DNA of 64,000 bases from Marsupella aquatica (GCA_973895155.1 OZ316898.1:6621079-6685078); one strand, 5' to 3'; shown: positions 1 to 13,006, counted from the stretch's first letter. Numbers and translations: made by a program. Notes: a model not told the origin generated them from the letters alone.

Positions 1-656
1 TAGACGTTCAAAGAGGAAGCAAACAACTGCTCCCACCGAAGAGAAAATTGCCCAAACAAAAAAAGACCAGAACTAAAACCAAGGTAAGTACAAATCATTG
101 TGTACTATGTGGCCATATTGTATAGGGACTAAACACATGATTTGCTTGATACTGATTTCAGCCTTACAATTGCAGGATTCATCTAAACAAGTCCAGGATG
201 TCAATGCACAACCAGCACCAGAGGGAGGTAACACTATTGATACTCAGGGTACTGCCCTTCCACCGAATGTGTCTGCAATCCCATCAGGAGAGGTGACTGC
301 ACCGGTAGGGAGCACCTTCTATAATTGACTTTGGTGGCATGATTGATTGGTAAGATGTGTTTCTTTGCTGATTGCTTTCATATGTGAATTTGCAGGAGTA
401 CCAAAAACCACCTAATGTGCAACCAGACCCATATGCAAGTAGACGTCGGAGAAAATTGACAGTTCGTGGGCCATTGGGCAAGGCGCAAAGTAAATTTGTA
501 ATCTCGGGGTCTGTACCACAAGAGGTCACTGTGCAGGAGGACAATATTTTGGATTCCTTGCATGCATCACAAATTCTCAAAGACTGTAGCCAGGCTGATG
601 TTACCTCTTTTCACACGGCAATCGATAAAATGATTAGTAATGTGGATGAAGTCTAG
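1..656 (+). CDS. 3' part of an unknown spliced gene (exons <1-83, 176-304, 396-656); possibly the second gene of the adjacent Mutator-like element
   Basis: Donors GTAAGT (84) and GTAGGG (305) and acceptors TGCAG (175, 395) join in phase 0 into one open frame: ...PPKRKLPKQKKTRTKTK/DSSKQVQ...VTAP/EYQKPP...NVDEV*. No recognisable domain. Confidence 0.55.
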
Positions 657-780
657 GGTACAATTAGCAATATCCGAGGGATACTCTAGGGTACCAAGCC
701 CTGTTTTGTCACCAATGTGTTCATGATAATAAATATGAAATGTTCCTGCATTTCTTGCTCTCTTTGACGACTATATAACA

Positions 781-2250
781 TGATCTGTTCCAAAATTGGT
801 CATAGTAGATCTGTGTCTGGGATACAATATGTATGTTGTATTCACATTTTCTCTGACTTTACAACAAAGACGCCCCACTGTCGAATCCTTCCCACTGACG
901 AAGATGCCCCTGCCTAAGCCTGCCCAAATGGACAAAACCTACGGAATTTGAACACATAAAACCCTTTTTCATGTATACGATTTGGACGTTGTATTCAGAT
1001 TTCACACTTGGAAAAAAAATTGTCCCTCCGACTTTACGAACACGGCCTCCGCCGAAGCCTGCCCAAATGGACAAAACCTACGGAATTTGAACACAGAAAA
1101 CCCTTTTTCATGCATACAATGTGGACGTTGTATTCCGATTTCACACTTGGAAAAACAATTGTCCCTCCCCTCCGACTTTACAAACACGCCCTCCGCCGAA
1201 GCTTGCCCAAATGGACAAAACCTACGGAATTTGAACACAGAAAAACCTTTTTCATGTATACAATGTGGACGTTGTATTCCAATTTCACACTTGGAAAAGC
1301 AATTGTCCCTCCCCTCCGACTTTATGAACACGCCCTCCAATGAAGCCTGCCCAAATGGACAAAACCTACGGAATTTGAACACAGAAAACCCTTTTTCATG
1401 TATACGATTTGGACGTTGTATTCACATATGGATCTGTTCCAAAAATGGTCATAGTAGATCTGTGTCTGGGATACAATATGTATGTTGTATTCACATTTTC
1501 TCTGACTTTACAACAAAGACGCCCCACTGTCGAATTCTTCCAACTAACGAAGATGCCCCTGCCTAAGCCTGCCCAAATGGACAAAACCTACGGAATTTGA
1601 ACACATAAAACCCTTTTTCATGTATACGATTTGGACGTTGTATTCAGATTTCACACTTGGAAAAAAAATTGTCCCTCCAACTTTACGAACACGGCCTCCG
1701 CCGAAGCCTGCCCAAATGGACAAAACCTACGGAATTTGAACACAGAAAACCCTTTTTCATGTATACAATGTGGACGCTGTATTCCGATTTCACACTTGGA
1801 AAAACAATTGTCCCTCCCCTCCGACTTTACAAACACGCCCTCCGCCGAAGTTTGCCCAAATGGACAAAACCTACAGAATTTGAACACAGAAAAACCTTTT
1901 TCATGTATACAATGTGGACGTTGTATTCCAATTTCACACTTGGAAAAGCAATTGTCCCTCCCCTCCGACTTTATGAACACGCCCTCCGCCGAAGCCTGCC
2001 CAAATGGACAAAACCTACAGAATTTGAACACAGAAAACCCTTTTTCATGTATACGATTTGGACGTTGTATTCAGATTTCACACTTGGAAAAAAAATTGTC
2101 CCTCCAACTTTACAAACACGGCCTCCGCCGAAGCCTGCCCAAATGCACAAACCTATGGAGTTTCAACATAGAAATACCTTTTTCATGTATACACTTTGGA
2201 CGTTGTATTCAGATTTCACACTTGGAAAAAAAATTGTTTCACTTGAACTT
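781..2250. repeat. Higher-order tandem array: 139/144/144/222-bp monomers forming a 649-bp unit (about 2.3 copies)
   Basis: The anchor TGGACG(T/C)TG recurs at 983, 1122, 1266, 1410, 1632, 1771, 1915, 2059 and 2197. The segment at 781 recurs at 1430, 649 bp later. Confidence 0.95.
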
Positions 2251-2508
2251 TACAAAGACAGTCGGGACTAAATGGAAAAAAACATGCCATATTCAACACT
2301 TTAATAATCATACAGCACATGCACCATGGAAGGCATACTCAGACCTAACAATTGCAAATAAAAGGCTTCACTCCTCATTGGATGGAATACAACATCCACT
2401 TTGTAACAATTTGAACTCATTCAAGGTAGTGTTTAGGTCCATGCACAAATGTGCCCTACTACCATCTAACTTCCCAATATAGTGAATAGTAGACTGTGAT
2501 GTATATGT

Positions 2509-5500
2509 CTATTCTATGATATTTACTTCATGAGGTAGCCCAAAATAAGGGCAATTATCAGCAGCTTCTTCAGCAAGTTCAGTGATGTGCCGGGCCCACT
2601 CATAATCCAAGGAGTTTTGAATGCGTGGATTGGAAGGCATAGTACCACTGCCTATTGTTGGTGCTCCAACGGTGACAAGCCACTCACTTTCTCCAGCATT
2701 GTTCACATTGTCATGCTCTTCCCCTTCCACCTGCGCATTACAATAACACTAGAATAAGTAAACAAATTCTTATGAAACTAGGACTTTTATATGGACCTTC
2801 TCTAGCTTGCAACATTATAACATTTGGTACCTGCTCATCATCTTCAGTTGCTTGGGCAACTGAAACTTCTTTGCAAGATCGTTTGTTGTGGCCAACCTTT
2901 CTGCACCTACTGCACGTACACTTTACATTACCCCGCTTCCTTTTCTTAGGTAGGATCTCAACCATTGGGAGGCCACTCGCAGAGTTTGCACCTGGAAACG
3001 GAATGCCTCTCTCATTGTCATCATCCATTGGATATCTGAGACATAGCCTTCCTGTTGGATCAAGATGGAGGTCCTCCCCATTCCCTAAAGCCCTGGAACG
3101 AGTTTCCCCATGAATTCAGACCATTTGATGTCGCCCATTCACTATAGCAGGCTCTGGAGCATGACAACTTAAGCTCAATGGAACGTGAGTGGAAACAAAG
3201 CTAGGTAATACACCATCATAAAGTAAAACCAAAGACTGTGTCCGCCAGCATTTATGAAAATGCCTAGCCGGATTCGCAAGTTGGTATTGTATCGTAGTTG
3301 TGCTGGTTTTGACAGTGGTTCTTGTCTGCATGCAACCTCTATTCTCCTGTCTTTAAACTTTTGTTGAATGTACACCCAAAGAGCCACCAACAACTTTCCA
3401 GGTGCTAGCAGACGGAATGGTAATAATCCAGAATTTGCTTGCTCGGCTGGATTACTTGTGACCTTACCCATGCGAGGGAGTGGGAATGCATGCCTGGCAT
3501 AACATTTCACATCCAGACCGCGGATGTAATGTGCTGCATCAACTCCCTTGCCGGCTATCAATGAACCAGACAGTCGATCTAGCACAGACTCATATCTGAA
3601 TTGAAAGAGACAGAATACATGAGTGACACTGTTTACAGAGACAAAATACATCAAGCACAATGTCAAAATATATAGAATACATCAATTACAATGTCTAAAT
3701 AGGCAAATTGCTTTCATATTGGTCCTAGTGAGTATATTTACTTACTGGTGCACATCATTGGCATAGACACATCCGTAGAAGAATTCACTTGTTGTTCTAC
3801 CATGCCTGGTCTTCACGTTTGCCCTCAAATGATTTGCGCACTGTGCATGGATCTTTCCTACTATCCAAAAATTAAAAATTAGATTTTGTACTCCAGTTAG
3901 CACTGTATCATCAAAACTCTCAAATTTGACAGAATTAAGCAATCTAAGTGTGGAAGGGTGTTACCTGGCCAAATCTAACTTACAGCAGCAGTGAGACCCT
4001 TTTGACGATCTGACATGATGACAATGTCTTGACTACCAATGCCATATACATCTCTGTCCATTAATTCTAGAAACCAAAGCCACTTCTCTGTGTTTTCAAC
4101 TGGTGCTACTCCATAGCAAAGTATGACACCGTTTGAGTTCCCATCCAGGCATGTAGCTAAAAATAGTTGAGTTGGATATTTTCTATTCTTGGTGTGACAA
4201 GCATCTAAATTAACCATCGGCTAAGTATAGTTAAGTGCTTTCCTGGTGGCAGATGGACATATGAATGCTCTACAAAAAATGGTGGAGTCCTCCATAGTGC
4301 ACCAATGTGCAACACAGCCAGGGTCTGTCTCCCGAATCCTGTCAATCAATGTTGGGATCATCTGAAAAGATGATTTATGTGAGCCAGCGGTCCAATGCCC
4401 TACAAGATCTTTGCCCCGCCACATTTGCTGGTAGTTACTTCCTCGCTTGTAGTCACCTTGGAAACCAGACAGCAATTTCTTCACAGGCATTTTCAGATTT
4501 CTGATGATTCTTGGAGCCAATGTTACCCCCAACCATGCAGACTTGTGAGTAGGAGCTCTCCACTTGTGAATGTGAGTAGCACAAGTATGTGTTAGTTCAC
4601 ATACACTGATAATATGACCCCCACCCTTCACTCTACTGCAACGTACTCTGAAAGGACATTCCTCCTCTGAGTAAAGCAAGTCTTCTGGTCCTGGTTGAGA
4701 GGGCTTAGATCTGGACAACTGTCCACAAGCTCCAATTGCAGATGGCTTCCTAGCTTTCTGTTGACCAGGTTTACGTGGGTGTTGCGAACCAGGTAACCAA
4801 ACGCTAGTGGGTTGGACTATGGACTTTGGTCTGTTGTGCACAACTCTTCCTTGTGTAGACAAAACAATATTTCTGTGCACAGTTTGTTGTACAGATATAG
4901 GTGCATTTTGGTGCACGGATTGTTGTGTAGACAATGACACATTTGTCTGCATGGTGTTTGCTTGAATTGCTGAAAGCGGTGCACGAGGTTGCTGACGAGC
5001 AAGAGTGATCTGATTAATGGCATTATGAAATTGACGATCTTCAATCTGCAAAACCCCATGATTGTACACACCAAGAATTTGAGCAAGTGATTGTAGCATG
5101 TCCCAAAATAAAAAAGGTGGTGGCATTGGTGGCAATGGCAGCGGCAGCACACACCTCTGCTTGACTGCGATATCTATTCTCTTGTTGTGTAGTTTGCTGC
5201 AATGTCTGAGACCTTGGTCCTTTCGATCGTCTTCCACTCCAATGGCCATATCTGCTATGAAACTCATGCTCACCTTCTGACTCTTCATCATCTTCCTCAA
5301 ATTGAAGCTGCCACTGGTTTGGTTCCTCCGTAGCATGTGAACCAATGCTGTCATTGTCACCATGGTCATCACAAGCTGCCTCATCATCGACTACCTGTTT
5401 CGATCTAGCAATCTTTCCAAACCTGCATACACAAATACATCGATTTGCAAACGTCTTGTATCTGGACATGGCTCGACCATTCATCACAGCCAGAGAATCT

Positions 5501-5589
5501 AGGCACCGATCAAACTCTTCAAAGCTATTGAAGTGCTCTCCCAACTTGATTCGAGCAGCCTCTGCTGCCACTGTAATAGAGGAAGACAT
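2509..5589 (-). mobile_element. Mutator/MuDR-like (MULE) transposase gene, intron-containing, pseudogenised
   Basis: MuDR N-terminus (LGEHFNSFEEF), zinc ribbon CPFRVRC...THTC, MULE DDE core (VNLDACH, IMSDRQKGL, CANHL, TSNPAEQANS) and C-terminal CCHC knuckle (CSRCRKVGHNKRSC). In-frame stop at 4221-4223 and frameshifts. TIRs not identified. Confidence 0.88.
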
Positions 5590-6925
5590 GTCATCACGTT
5601 ACAATATGTATACAATGACATCAATGTTTATGTGCAGAAGCTACATGCCTGGATGGGAACTCAAACGGTGTCATACTTTCAAATCACATTGGACTGACAC
5701 ACATTGTATGAAAATAAGAAATGTCCAGACAATCTGATGGCACCTTCTTCAGCAGTTCTGCCATCCAATATCCTCGGGGGGTTCTCAACATTCTTTCGAG
5801 CCCTTTGACGTTCTTGTGTGTCCTGCATTTGTGCCCTCTCATGATAGGGGACATTGACTTCCCAAACATCACCTCTGGTCCACAAATGCATTCATTTGAG
5901 TCATTGTCCTCCATGCCTGACACTGTCCCTCTAAGCGTACTATATATACACATTAGGGGAGTGGAAACACTCACGACCCTACCGTGCGAGCTCATGCGCA
6001 AAGCATGTGCACAAAAAAAGTGTCGTGTGAAATGACAGGAACGTGCAAAAGTTCTGTAACATGTCAGTGATTTGGCGGGTCATCCTCTAAACACATTAAC
6101 CACCCTGTATTCTATTCAAGATATAAGCATGTTTAGCTTTTCCGCGCCTAAGCCAACGGTTACTCCAAACCCTAATTTGTTTAACTATATATAATCTAAT
6201 ACATTTTTTATACATGGTTGTAAATGTCTACACCGCTTTGTATATGTTGTGGTTGCACTATGCTTGGTTCATCCAACATTGTGGTCCTTGTATACAGTGA
6301 TGTCAATGTATACATGATCTAACTGTGAGGCTCTATTTCATCGTGCGGCCGCACAACATAAGGTTTGTTTGACATCACGGTTCATGTTTGTACGCATTGT
6401 TGTCAATGTCTACATTGCGGGATACATTGATTCACTCGGAACTGCGATCGTAGTCGACCGCATTCGGCGACGCGGTCGGACATTGAAGAACAGTAGAACA
6501 TGCTGCGTTTTACAGTGATAATCTCGCATTATAAGAACTGCACTATGTGTTAGAAGAACATATCACACGAAATGGTACCTCTGGTGGGCCCGAAGGTCCA
6601 CTGGGAGGGCGTGGGAAACTTTTGGTCCATTAAGAGAGAAAGTTACATTTGGAGGTCCACTAAGTATATCTCTCACAATATTTAGTATTCTTAATCATCA
6701 AGACATCAAGTTATGGGCCTCAAACTCCCAAGGACCACCAAAAATAGGAGCAATTATTATGGTCCTCAAACTCTCCAAAGGACCACCAAAAATAGGAGCG
6801 GTGGTCCATGCTTCAGTCTCATTTGCAAATGTAAGCATGTCAAATGAAATACTGACGACGTGTAAAATACTTGGCAAATGTAAGCCTGTCAAATGAAATA
6901 CGGGCGACGTGTAAAGTCCTTTTCC

Positions 6926-6937
6926 TTACGTCATCGT
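6926..6937. promoter_or_regulatory. Possible bZIP/UPR-type element upstream of ERD2 (TTACGTCATCG)
   Basis: ACGT core overlapping TCATCG, with two further GACGTGT boxes at about 6856 and 6906. Short motifs, so they could be chance matches. Confidence 0.25.
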
Positions 6938-7855
6938 CTAGGTTGTCGTCTATCGCGTCTGCTGTCGTCCATCATTGGTGAATAGTGTCGATCATTTTTT
7001 TGTCGGTACCGTATATCCCATCCCAGATTCCTTCTCAGGGGTGGGCGGGGAGTGGGGGCACACTAATACTTTCATGGAACTCCCCCGTTATGTCCTTCGC
7101 CCCTTTTTCGCACCCCACAAATCCCACAATCTTCTGATGTCGTTGTTTTAGTGGATTTCCGTTCGTCGTGTCTTCGTGGAACGTTCATTTCTCACATTTC
7201 TTCGAGACCTCGACCTTGGTGTTGCTCTTTCTCTCCCTCCGTCTCGGCTCAGCCTTGTCGCATCATTCTGCCCTAGGCGAGTCTTCGGACTCCTGCTTCT
7301 CATCGTGATCATACCTTCCGTGCTTGCTTCTAGGTCGCACAAATTTTAGTCTTTGTGTAGAGTTCATTGCCGTTCCTCATCGCTTCGTGAATCTGTGTTT
7401 CTCCCAATTACTTCCAGTTTCTCGAGGTCGTTGTTGTTTCGCTTTCCCTCTCTCCGTCTCGCTGCACAGTCTGTTGCATGTGCCGTGGGTGAGCGTTGGG
7501 GCTATGTACGATCATTGTGTTGCTGCCCTTCATGAGGTCGTCGTGGCAGGCGAAGGTCCTGCCTAGTCAGTGAGTGATGATCTAGGGTACCGTGCTTGAC
7601 CTGTTATTGGAGTGCGCTCTTTGGTGGTCTCAAAGTCCTCCAACGAATGGACCACGGGGTCCTGCTATATTGCTTTGTTTATAATCTCTGCTTGGAGGTT
7701 TCTACTACATTGCATAGGGACAGGTTTTGACGGACGCTCAAAACGGTGTGATTCCTTTGAGTTGGACTTCACATTTCTCCTGGGGACGTGATCCGCAGGG
7801 TGGAAACAGCATTTTGAGATATCGTTGGAGGACAGGTATCCGGTAGTCAGACAGG

Positions 7856-8509
7856 ATGAATATATTCAGGCTTGCCGGGGACATGTCCCACCTCATGAGT
7901 ATTGTCGTGCTTCTTCTTAAAGTCCATACGATCAAATCTTGTGCGGGTATTTCTTTGAAGACACAGGAATTGTATGTGCTGGTGTTCGTGACTCGATACC
8001 TCGACCTATTTACCAGTTACATCTCTATCTACAACACTACTATGAAATTGGTTTTCTTGGCGACGTCGATTTCGATTGTTCTTTACATGAGGTATGATAA
8101 GGCGGTGAAGGTGTCGTACGACAAAGACCACGACACTTTTCGGAACTATTTTCTGATCATTCCGTGTTTCCTTTTGGCTCTTGTCTTGAACGACAAGTTC
8201 ACTGTTCGAGAGGTGCTGTGGACATTCTCGATATATTTGGAAGCTATGGCTATCATTCCCCAGCTGGTTTTGATCCAGAGGACTAAGAACATTGATAACC
8301 TGACTGGTAACTACGTGTTCTTCCTCGGCGCTTATCGAGCTTTGTATTTATTGAACTGGATCTACCGCTACTTCACAGATCCCAAATATCACTGGGGGCG
8401 AGGAATTGCTTCGGGAGCAGGGATTGTTCAAACTCTTCTTTATGCCGATTTTTTCTACTACTATATCAGAAGCTGGAGGAGGAACGAGAGGCTCAATCTA
8501 CCAGCCTAG
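7856..8509 (+). CDS. ERD2: ER lumen protein-retaining (KDEL/HDEL) receptor, 217 aa, single coding exon
   Basis: MNIFRLAGDMSHL...GISLKTQELY...FSIYLEAMAIIPQL...LGAYRALYLLNWIYRY...QTLLYADFFYYY...LNLPA; full-length and uninterrupted. Confidence 0.97.
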   Translation: MNIFRLAGDMSHLMSIVVLLLKVHTIKSCAGISLKTQELYVLVFVTRYLDLFTSYISIYNTTMKLVFLATSISIVLYMRYDKAVKVSYDKDHDTFRNYFLIIPCFLLALVLNDKFTVREVLWTFSIYLEAMAIIPQLVLIQRTKNIDNLTGNYVFFLGAYRALYLLNWIYRYFTDPKYHWGRGIASGAGIVQTLLYADFFYYYIRSWRRNERLNLPA

Positions 8510-9284
8510 GCTACACCATTTCTTGTCAGACGATTTTGGATGCGATCTGGATCATTTGAACGTGCCTGCAAGTGGAGCGATTTGGAGGGCACTCCTCCAG
8601 ATACTGGGTCTGATAGATGACTTCCCTGCCTCGTTCAAAGAATGCGCATTGGCAGGTGGTCTTGTCGAGATGATCAGTGAGGCGAACGATTGCCGCTCAG
8701 GCGCAAGGCTACGAATCTTTGATCTTGTATATCACCCATCTGGCGGCTTTCGAAGGATACTTGTAATGCTTTCCCTTGAAGGTATCCATTAAGCAGAGTT
8801 GTAGATCTGGAGATTTATAGAGATTGCTAAGTAGTTTACTTCGCATGATTGCGATTCATCAGCAGACGGCTAGAGCTGGAGATTTGTGGAGATTGCCAAC
8901 TAGGTTAATTCACATGATTCCATTCGGAGGATCTGATCTTACACCGCCTCCCCCTCTGTTATTCGTCAGGATTCGTATTGGCTACTTCATTTCATTTTTG
9001 GTCGAGGTAGCCACATCAATTCCCGGGACAACTCGTGGAATTTGACAACGTAGGAAAGAATGAGAAGGAGAAACACAGACCGGGATTGAGAGGCTTCAGT
9101 AGTTACTTTTTAAACTCAATAAAGTGACTCAAGATTTCAGTATGAAATTGGAACTTTGTTTGCCTCATTCCTTGTGCAGAAACACGAGATCGGCACTTGT
9201 TACTTTCATATGGGAACTTTGTTTCTCCGAAGTCGTATTGTTTTAGGTTTCTTTCATGAGCAATCCGTGTTCTGGCTCAACAGA

Positions 9285-9420
9285 CGTTTTGAACCTGTGA
9301 TGTGCCTCCTCGAGTTGATAAAACGTACCGAGTAATTGATTAGCAGAATTGTCCGTGGCTGATCGACTTTTGCATGTTGTCTGACCTTAGGTGAGCTCAT
9401 TAACGTTTCCATCTTACATT
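9285..9420 (+). repeat. Dispersed ~130-bp element, copy 1 (copy 2 at about 14445-14560)
   Basis: Shared colinear blocks GTTTTGAACCTGTGA, GATAA, TAATTGAT, GAATTGTCCG(T/C)GG, TTAGG and CTCAT. Confidence 0.7.
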
Positions 9421-10691
9421 CCTTTGACAACTTTTCCAAGAAATCTCAGACGTGGAGGATTCTGTTTGTGTCAAGGTTGGAGTGTTCTTGGACGGCTCTT
9501 GTTTGCCTATGCCTCCATTGGAGTTGCCATTGATTGTGTTGTAGTCAGTAGGAGGGCGTAGCTGCACGTTTCTTGTGCATCTGCAATGCACCTCGCACAT
9601 CAAGTTGGTGGTGAGACTGATAGGATGCGACCACTTCTTCTTGCGGTTTCCTAATTCTTGATGGATTTGATTCAGATTTGTTACATTTGTCTGTGCAGTT
9701 TCGACTTGAGTGATTATTTTTGTTGAGAGAATAAAAACCAAATAGTTGCAACAGTACCCAGAATAGTAAGTGGAACTGCCCAAAGGGCCTGGACGCAAGC
9801 AGGCCAGATGGGTCGAAGGTGTAATTAGCAACCATGAGACAAGGCGAACACCCACACAATTTCTACTAGTGGAGGTAAGCTAAAAACTTGATCTACCTCT
9901 CCCCCTGGATCTAAGTTAAAGACGCGGGTCAGAAGATACCAATATCACTAGATCCAAAAGCATCCCCACATATTGCCCTGTTTGGGTCAATAGGGTGTGT
10001 CAAAACAGTGCCCTAAATGAGATAGGGTGTTTGGGTCAATAGGGCGTTTGGGCGTGTCAAAACAATGCCATAATTGAGATACAACCAAAGCCACAAAACT
10101 GCTTTATGGCCAGGAAGGAGTTACAGGCTACCTAAATACACGTGCCATCATAATTTTATATCTAAAATTTTTCAGCCCCTAACACTTGCTTATGAGAGAA
10201 CTTTGACGGGTCAGGTTTTCTTTGGTGGGTTGCTCAGAGACCACATCATCCCCACCAGCTGCGAGAGATGAGTGAACGTTGATGGACTCCTTGTGAGAGG
10301 ACTCACTCATGGGTGAGCATGGGCCAGCAATATCTGCAGAAATAAGATTGGACAATCAGTGTCCCCCCCCCCCCCAATATGGTTAGACTGGATGGGGGTT
10401 GCTAGTGCACACCCCAACTCATCAGTTCTAGGGTGCAGGAGGCCTTGTCTGGTAGGTAGAGAGCATGGCTTAAAATTTCCATGGCTGGGTGCCGATTGAA
10501 AAAGAGCTTTAGCAAGCACCTCTGGCTAAAGTTGCTGCTGCTGGGCATTCTTGTGACAAGTTGGGGTGCCCTAAGCTTGTTGCTAGAGATCCACGCAAGG
10601 ACGGATTGCATTGTGTACTTTTCATGATTACATTAGATTTCAATATTAGACATGGGTAAGTAGGGTGACAACTGAATTTTGCCTTCTATAC

Positions 10692-11730
10692 TGTCACACA
10701 TGTTATGAGTAACCTTCACATCCAAAGACCATGCCTAATCACATCACACATGTTATGTAGTCAGACCTAAGCTTGTAGCCTCTTGTGAGTCTCACATCCA
10801 AACATTATGTTCTATCTCATGAAATATGCTCAACAACCGTGGTTGGTATCCTTTGTTTCCCTGGGTCAGCTAGTAGTTGTCCTTTGGATTGATGGACCAA
10901 AGGAATGAAGGAATCATTGTTATTCTAGAGACCTCACTAGCTTGGGAATAACTGACCCAAAACTGAGATATTGTTTTGATGGGTGGGGCTCCAGAATTTA
11001 AGGGAACTTCTCCTCTATGGGGGCCTGAAAGTTGGGTTTAGGGTTGGGGCCTGAAAGTTGGATTTAGGGTTTAAACCCTAAATCTGAAAGGCCTCTACTA
11101 CCTTCCCAATGTTGCTTATGCCTTGCATTCTGGAGGAAAGCTATCAATAGTTTAGCGTTCATACTTACAGGTTATCCATCGGACTTAGACCACCCCATAA
11201 AATGCAAGTATCTTTATCAGGGTTATGTAAACCACACAGAAGTCAAAACGTGGGAGTGTTGCACTGGGAGTGAATCAATTATTTTTATTTCTTGTAAATT
11301 TTTTCCACTAAACCTCTTGATTGAAAAAGCCCAAATATAATTTTTGGCCAAGTTCAGCACTAGCTGTGTCATAGGCATTCTAGTCTCTAAATGGTAGGAT
11401 GCATTATTGGCTGGCTTATCCGTCCTGAATCTTGGACATTTCAGTCAACACAGACGCACCGATGATTAACAAAAAATATTAGACCTGACAACAGCAGGTA
11501 AAGAGCGACCCTTTATTTTCCCACACATGTTATGAAGTACCCCTCACATCCAAACATTATGTCTTATCACATGTGCTATGTAGTCATACCCAAGCTCATA
11601 GCTCCTCGTGAGTCTCACGTCCACATGGTATGCCTTGTGTCATATGCTACATTTGTTGCTCCACAATAAACATGACACCCTCTGTTTCCCTAGGTCAACC
11701 AGAATTTGTCCCTACAGGAAGGAAGGAAGT
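10692..11730. repeat. Degenerate ~220-bp direct repeat pair (about 10692-10915 and 11520-11730)
   Basis: Both copies contain CACACATGTTATGA, TCACATCCAAA, TATGTAGTCA, GTGAGTCTCAC and TGTTTCCCT(A/G)GGTCA. Confidence 0.7.
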
Positions 11731-12897
11731 GTGATATATATAAATCAAGGAACTATGGGTTCTCTAAAACCCACACTTGCTCCCAAATAGTACAACCACC
11801 AATCCTTACAGTCTAAGTATTGGGGCAAGATTCAGCACTTATCTTCCTCTTTTAGGACCCTGGGCACTAGATTTGGCAATACTAAACTGTGGAAGATCTA
11901 GCCGTGTAGGTTACATGTGCCAAGGGTGATTACCACCACGGTGTCCTTCTGGTTTGTTCAGAACCTTTGTACATTAACTCATTTAATTTCAGTAAATAAC
12001 TCACCTCCAGAAATGTTATTCTTGTGCTTTTATTTTTGGATTTTGAGAATAATAATACACTGAAAGTCAGTGTTTACACCAAGATGCTTAGAATATTCTT
12101 AAAATTTACATGACAACATTCTTTCCATGTAAATGTTTTTGGTTAGTTAGCCCAAAATCTTACTATAAAAGTGCCAACTGAAGTCTATTCTCTAAAGTGA
12201 AGCCTCTAGACCCTAACTCCCAATGACAAAACTGATAATGAGGTTCAATAAGATCAAAATTTTAAATGAGGATTGGACAAAAGTGACATTGACTCTAAAT
12301 AATGATAAAATTGAAATGAGTATGGACAAAAATAAGGATGGGGCAAACACTAACCAAAATAGCATATAAATTTTATTGTGCAATATTTTTCTTGACATCT
12401 ATTTACTTTCAAGGAACGGGTACGTCATGGGGCTAGTTCTAAGAATGATTTATTTAGTGCACTAAGGTAGTAACATACCTCCACTGGACCATTGGGACTG
12501 TCCCCTACATACATGGCCCAATCCAACTATTTGATCACCATTACCAGCTACTCTTCAGGGCCTACACTAGAGTGAAGACTTTAGACCATGATTGTGGGAG
12601 TGTACCTGAAATTGGATGGACAATGGGGCTTGTGGGCATGTTGAGTCTTTTGAGACTTGTGCAACTGGCTTGAATGTACTCACCTCTATGCTCAAACAAA
12701 GGGCACTAAGGCTAGTATTGAAAAAGAACTCTGAGAGACCCCCTCTTGGATTGCAATGGGGCTCAGGGAGGGGTCCAATGGAAGCAAACCAGTCCCTACC
12801 AAGCTGACCATGGTAGAACCAGGACCGAGGTTTGTTAACCAGAGGGTAGTGCAGTGCACAGCTTTGTGCCCCTTCTTTGCTTTACCTCTACCGCCGC

Positions 12898-12906
12898 AAC
12901 CCTAAA
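12898..12906 (+). promoter_or_regulatory. Telo-box (AACCCTAAA) at the RPS10 5' end
   Basis: Motif followed by a pyrimidine tract, with a second TTTAGGGTT in the 5'UTR intron at about 13423. Telo-boxes are typical of plant ribosomal-protein genes. Confidence 0.6.
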
Positions 12907-13006
12907 TCCTTCTTTTCGCTTCTTCGTCGTCCTCCTCTTCCCGACAGCTGAGTTCTTCTCGCACGACGTTCTCAGCCTCGTCGACTCGATTTATCGGCGG
13001 TGATCG

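Noticed and set aside
781-2250. ORFs of 111-283 aa as real genes
   Set aside because: They arise from a stop-poor tandem repeat open in several frames on both strands, with frame-shifting monomers.
9295-9386. C/D box snoRNA (TGATGT...CTGA)
   Set aside because: The C box is imperfect and neither box is kept in the second copy at 14445-14560.
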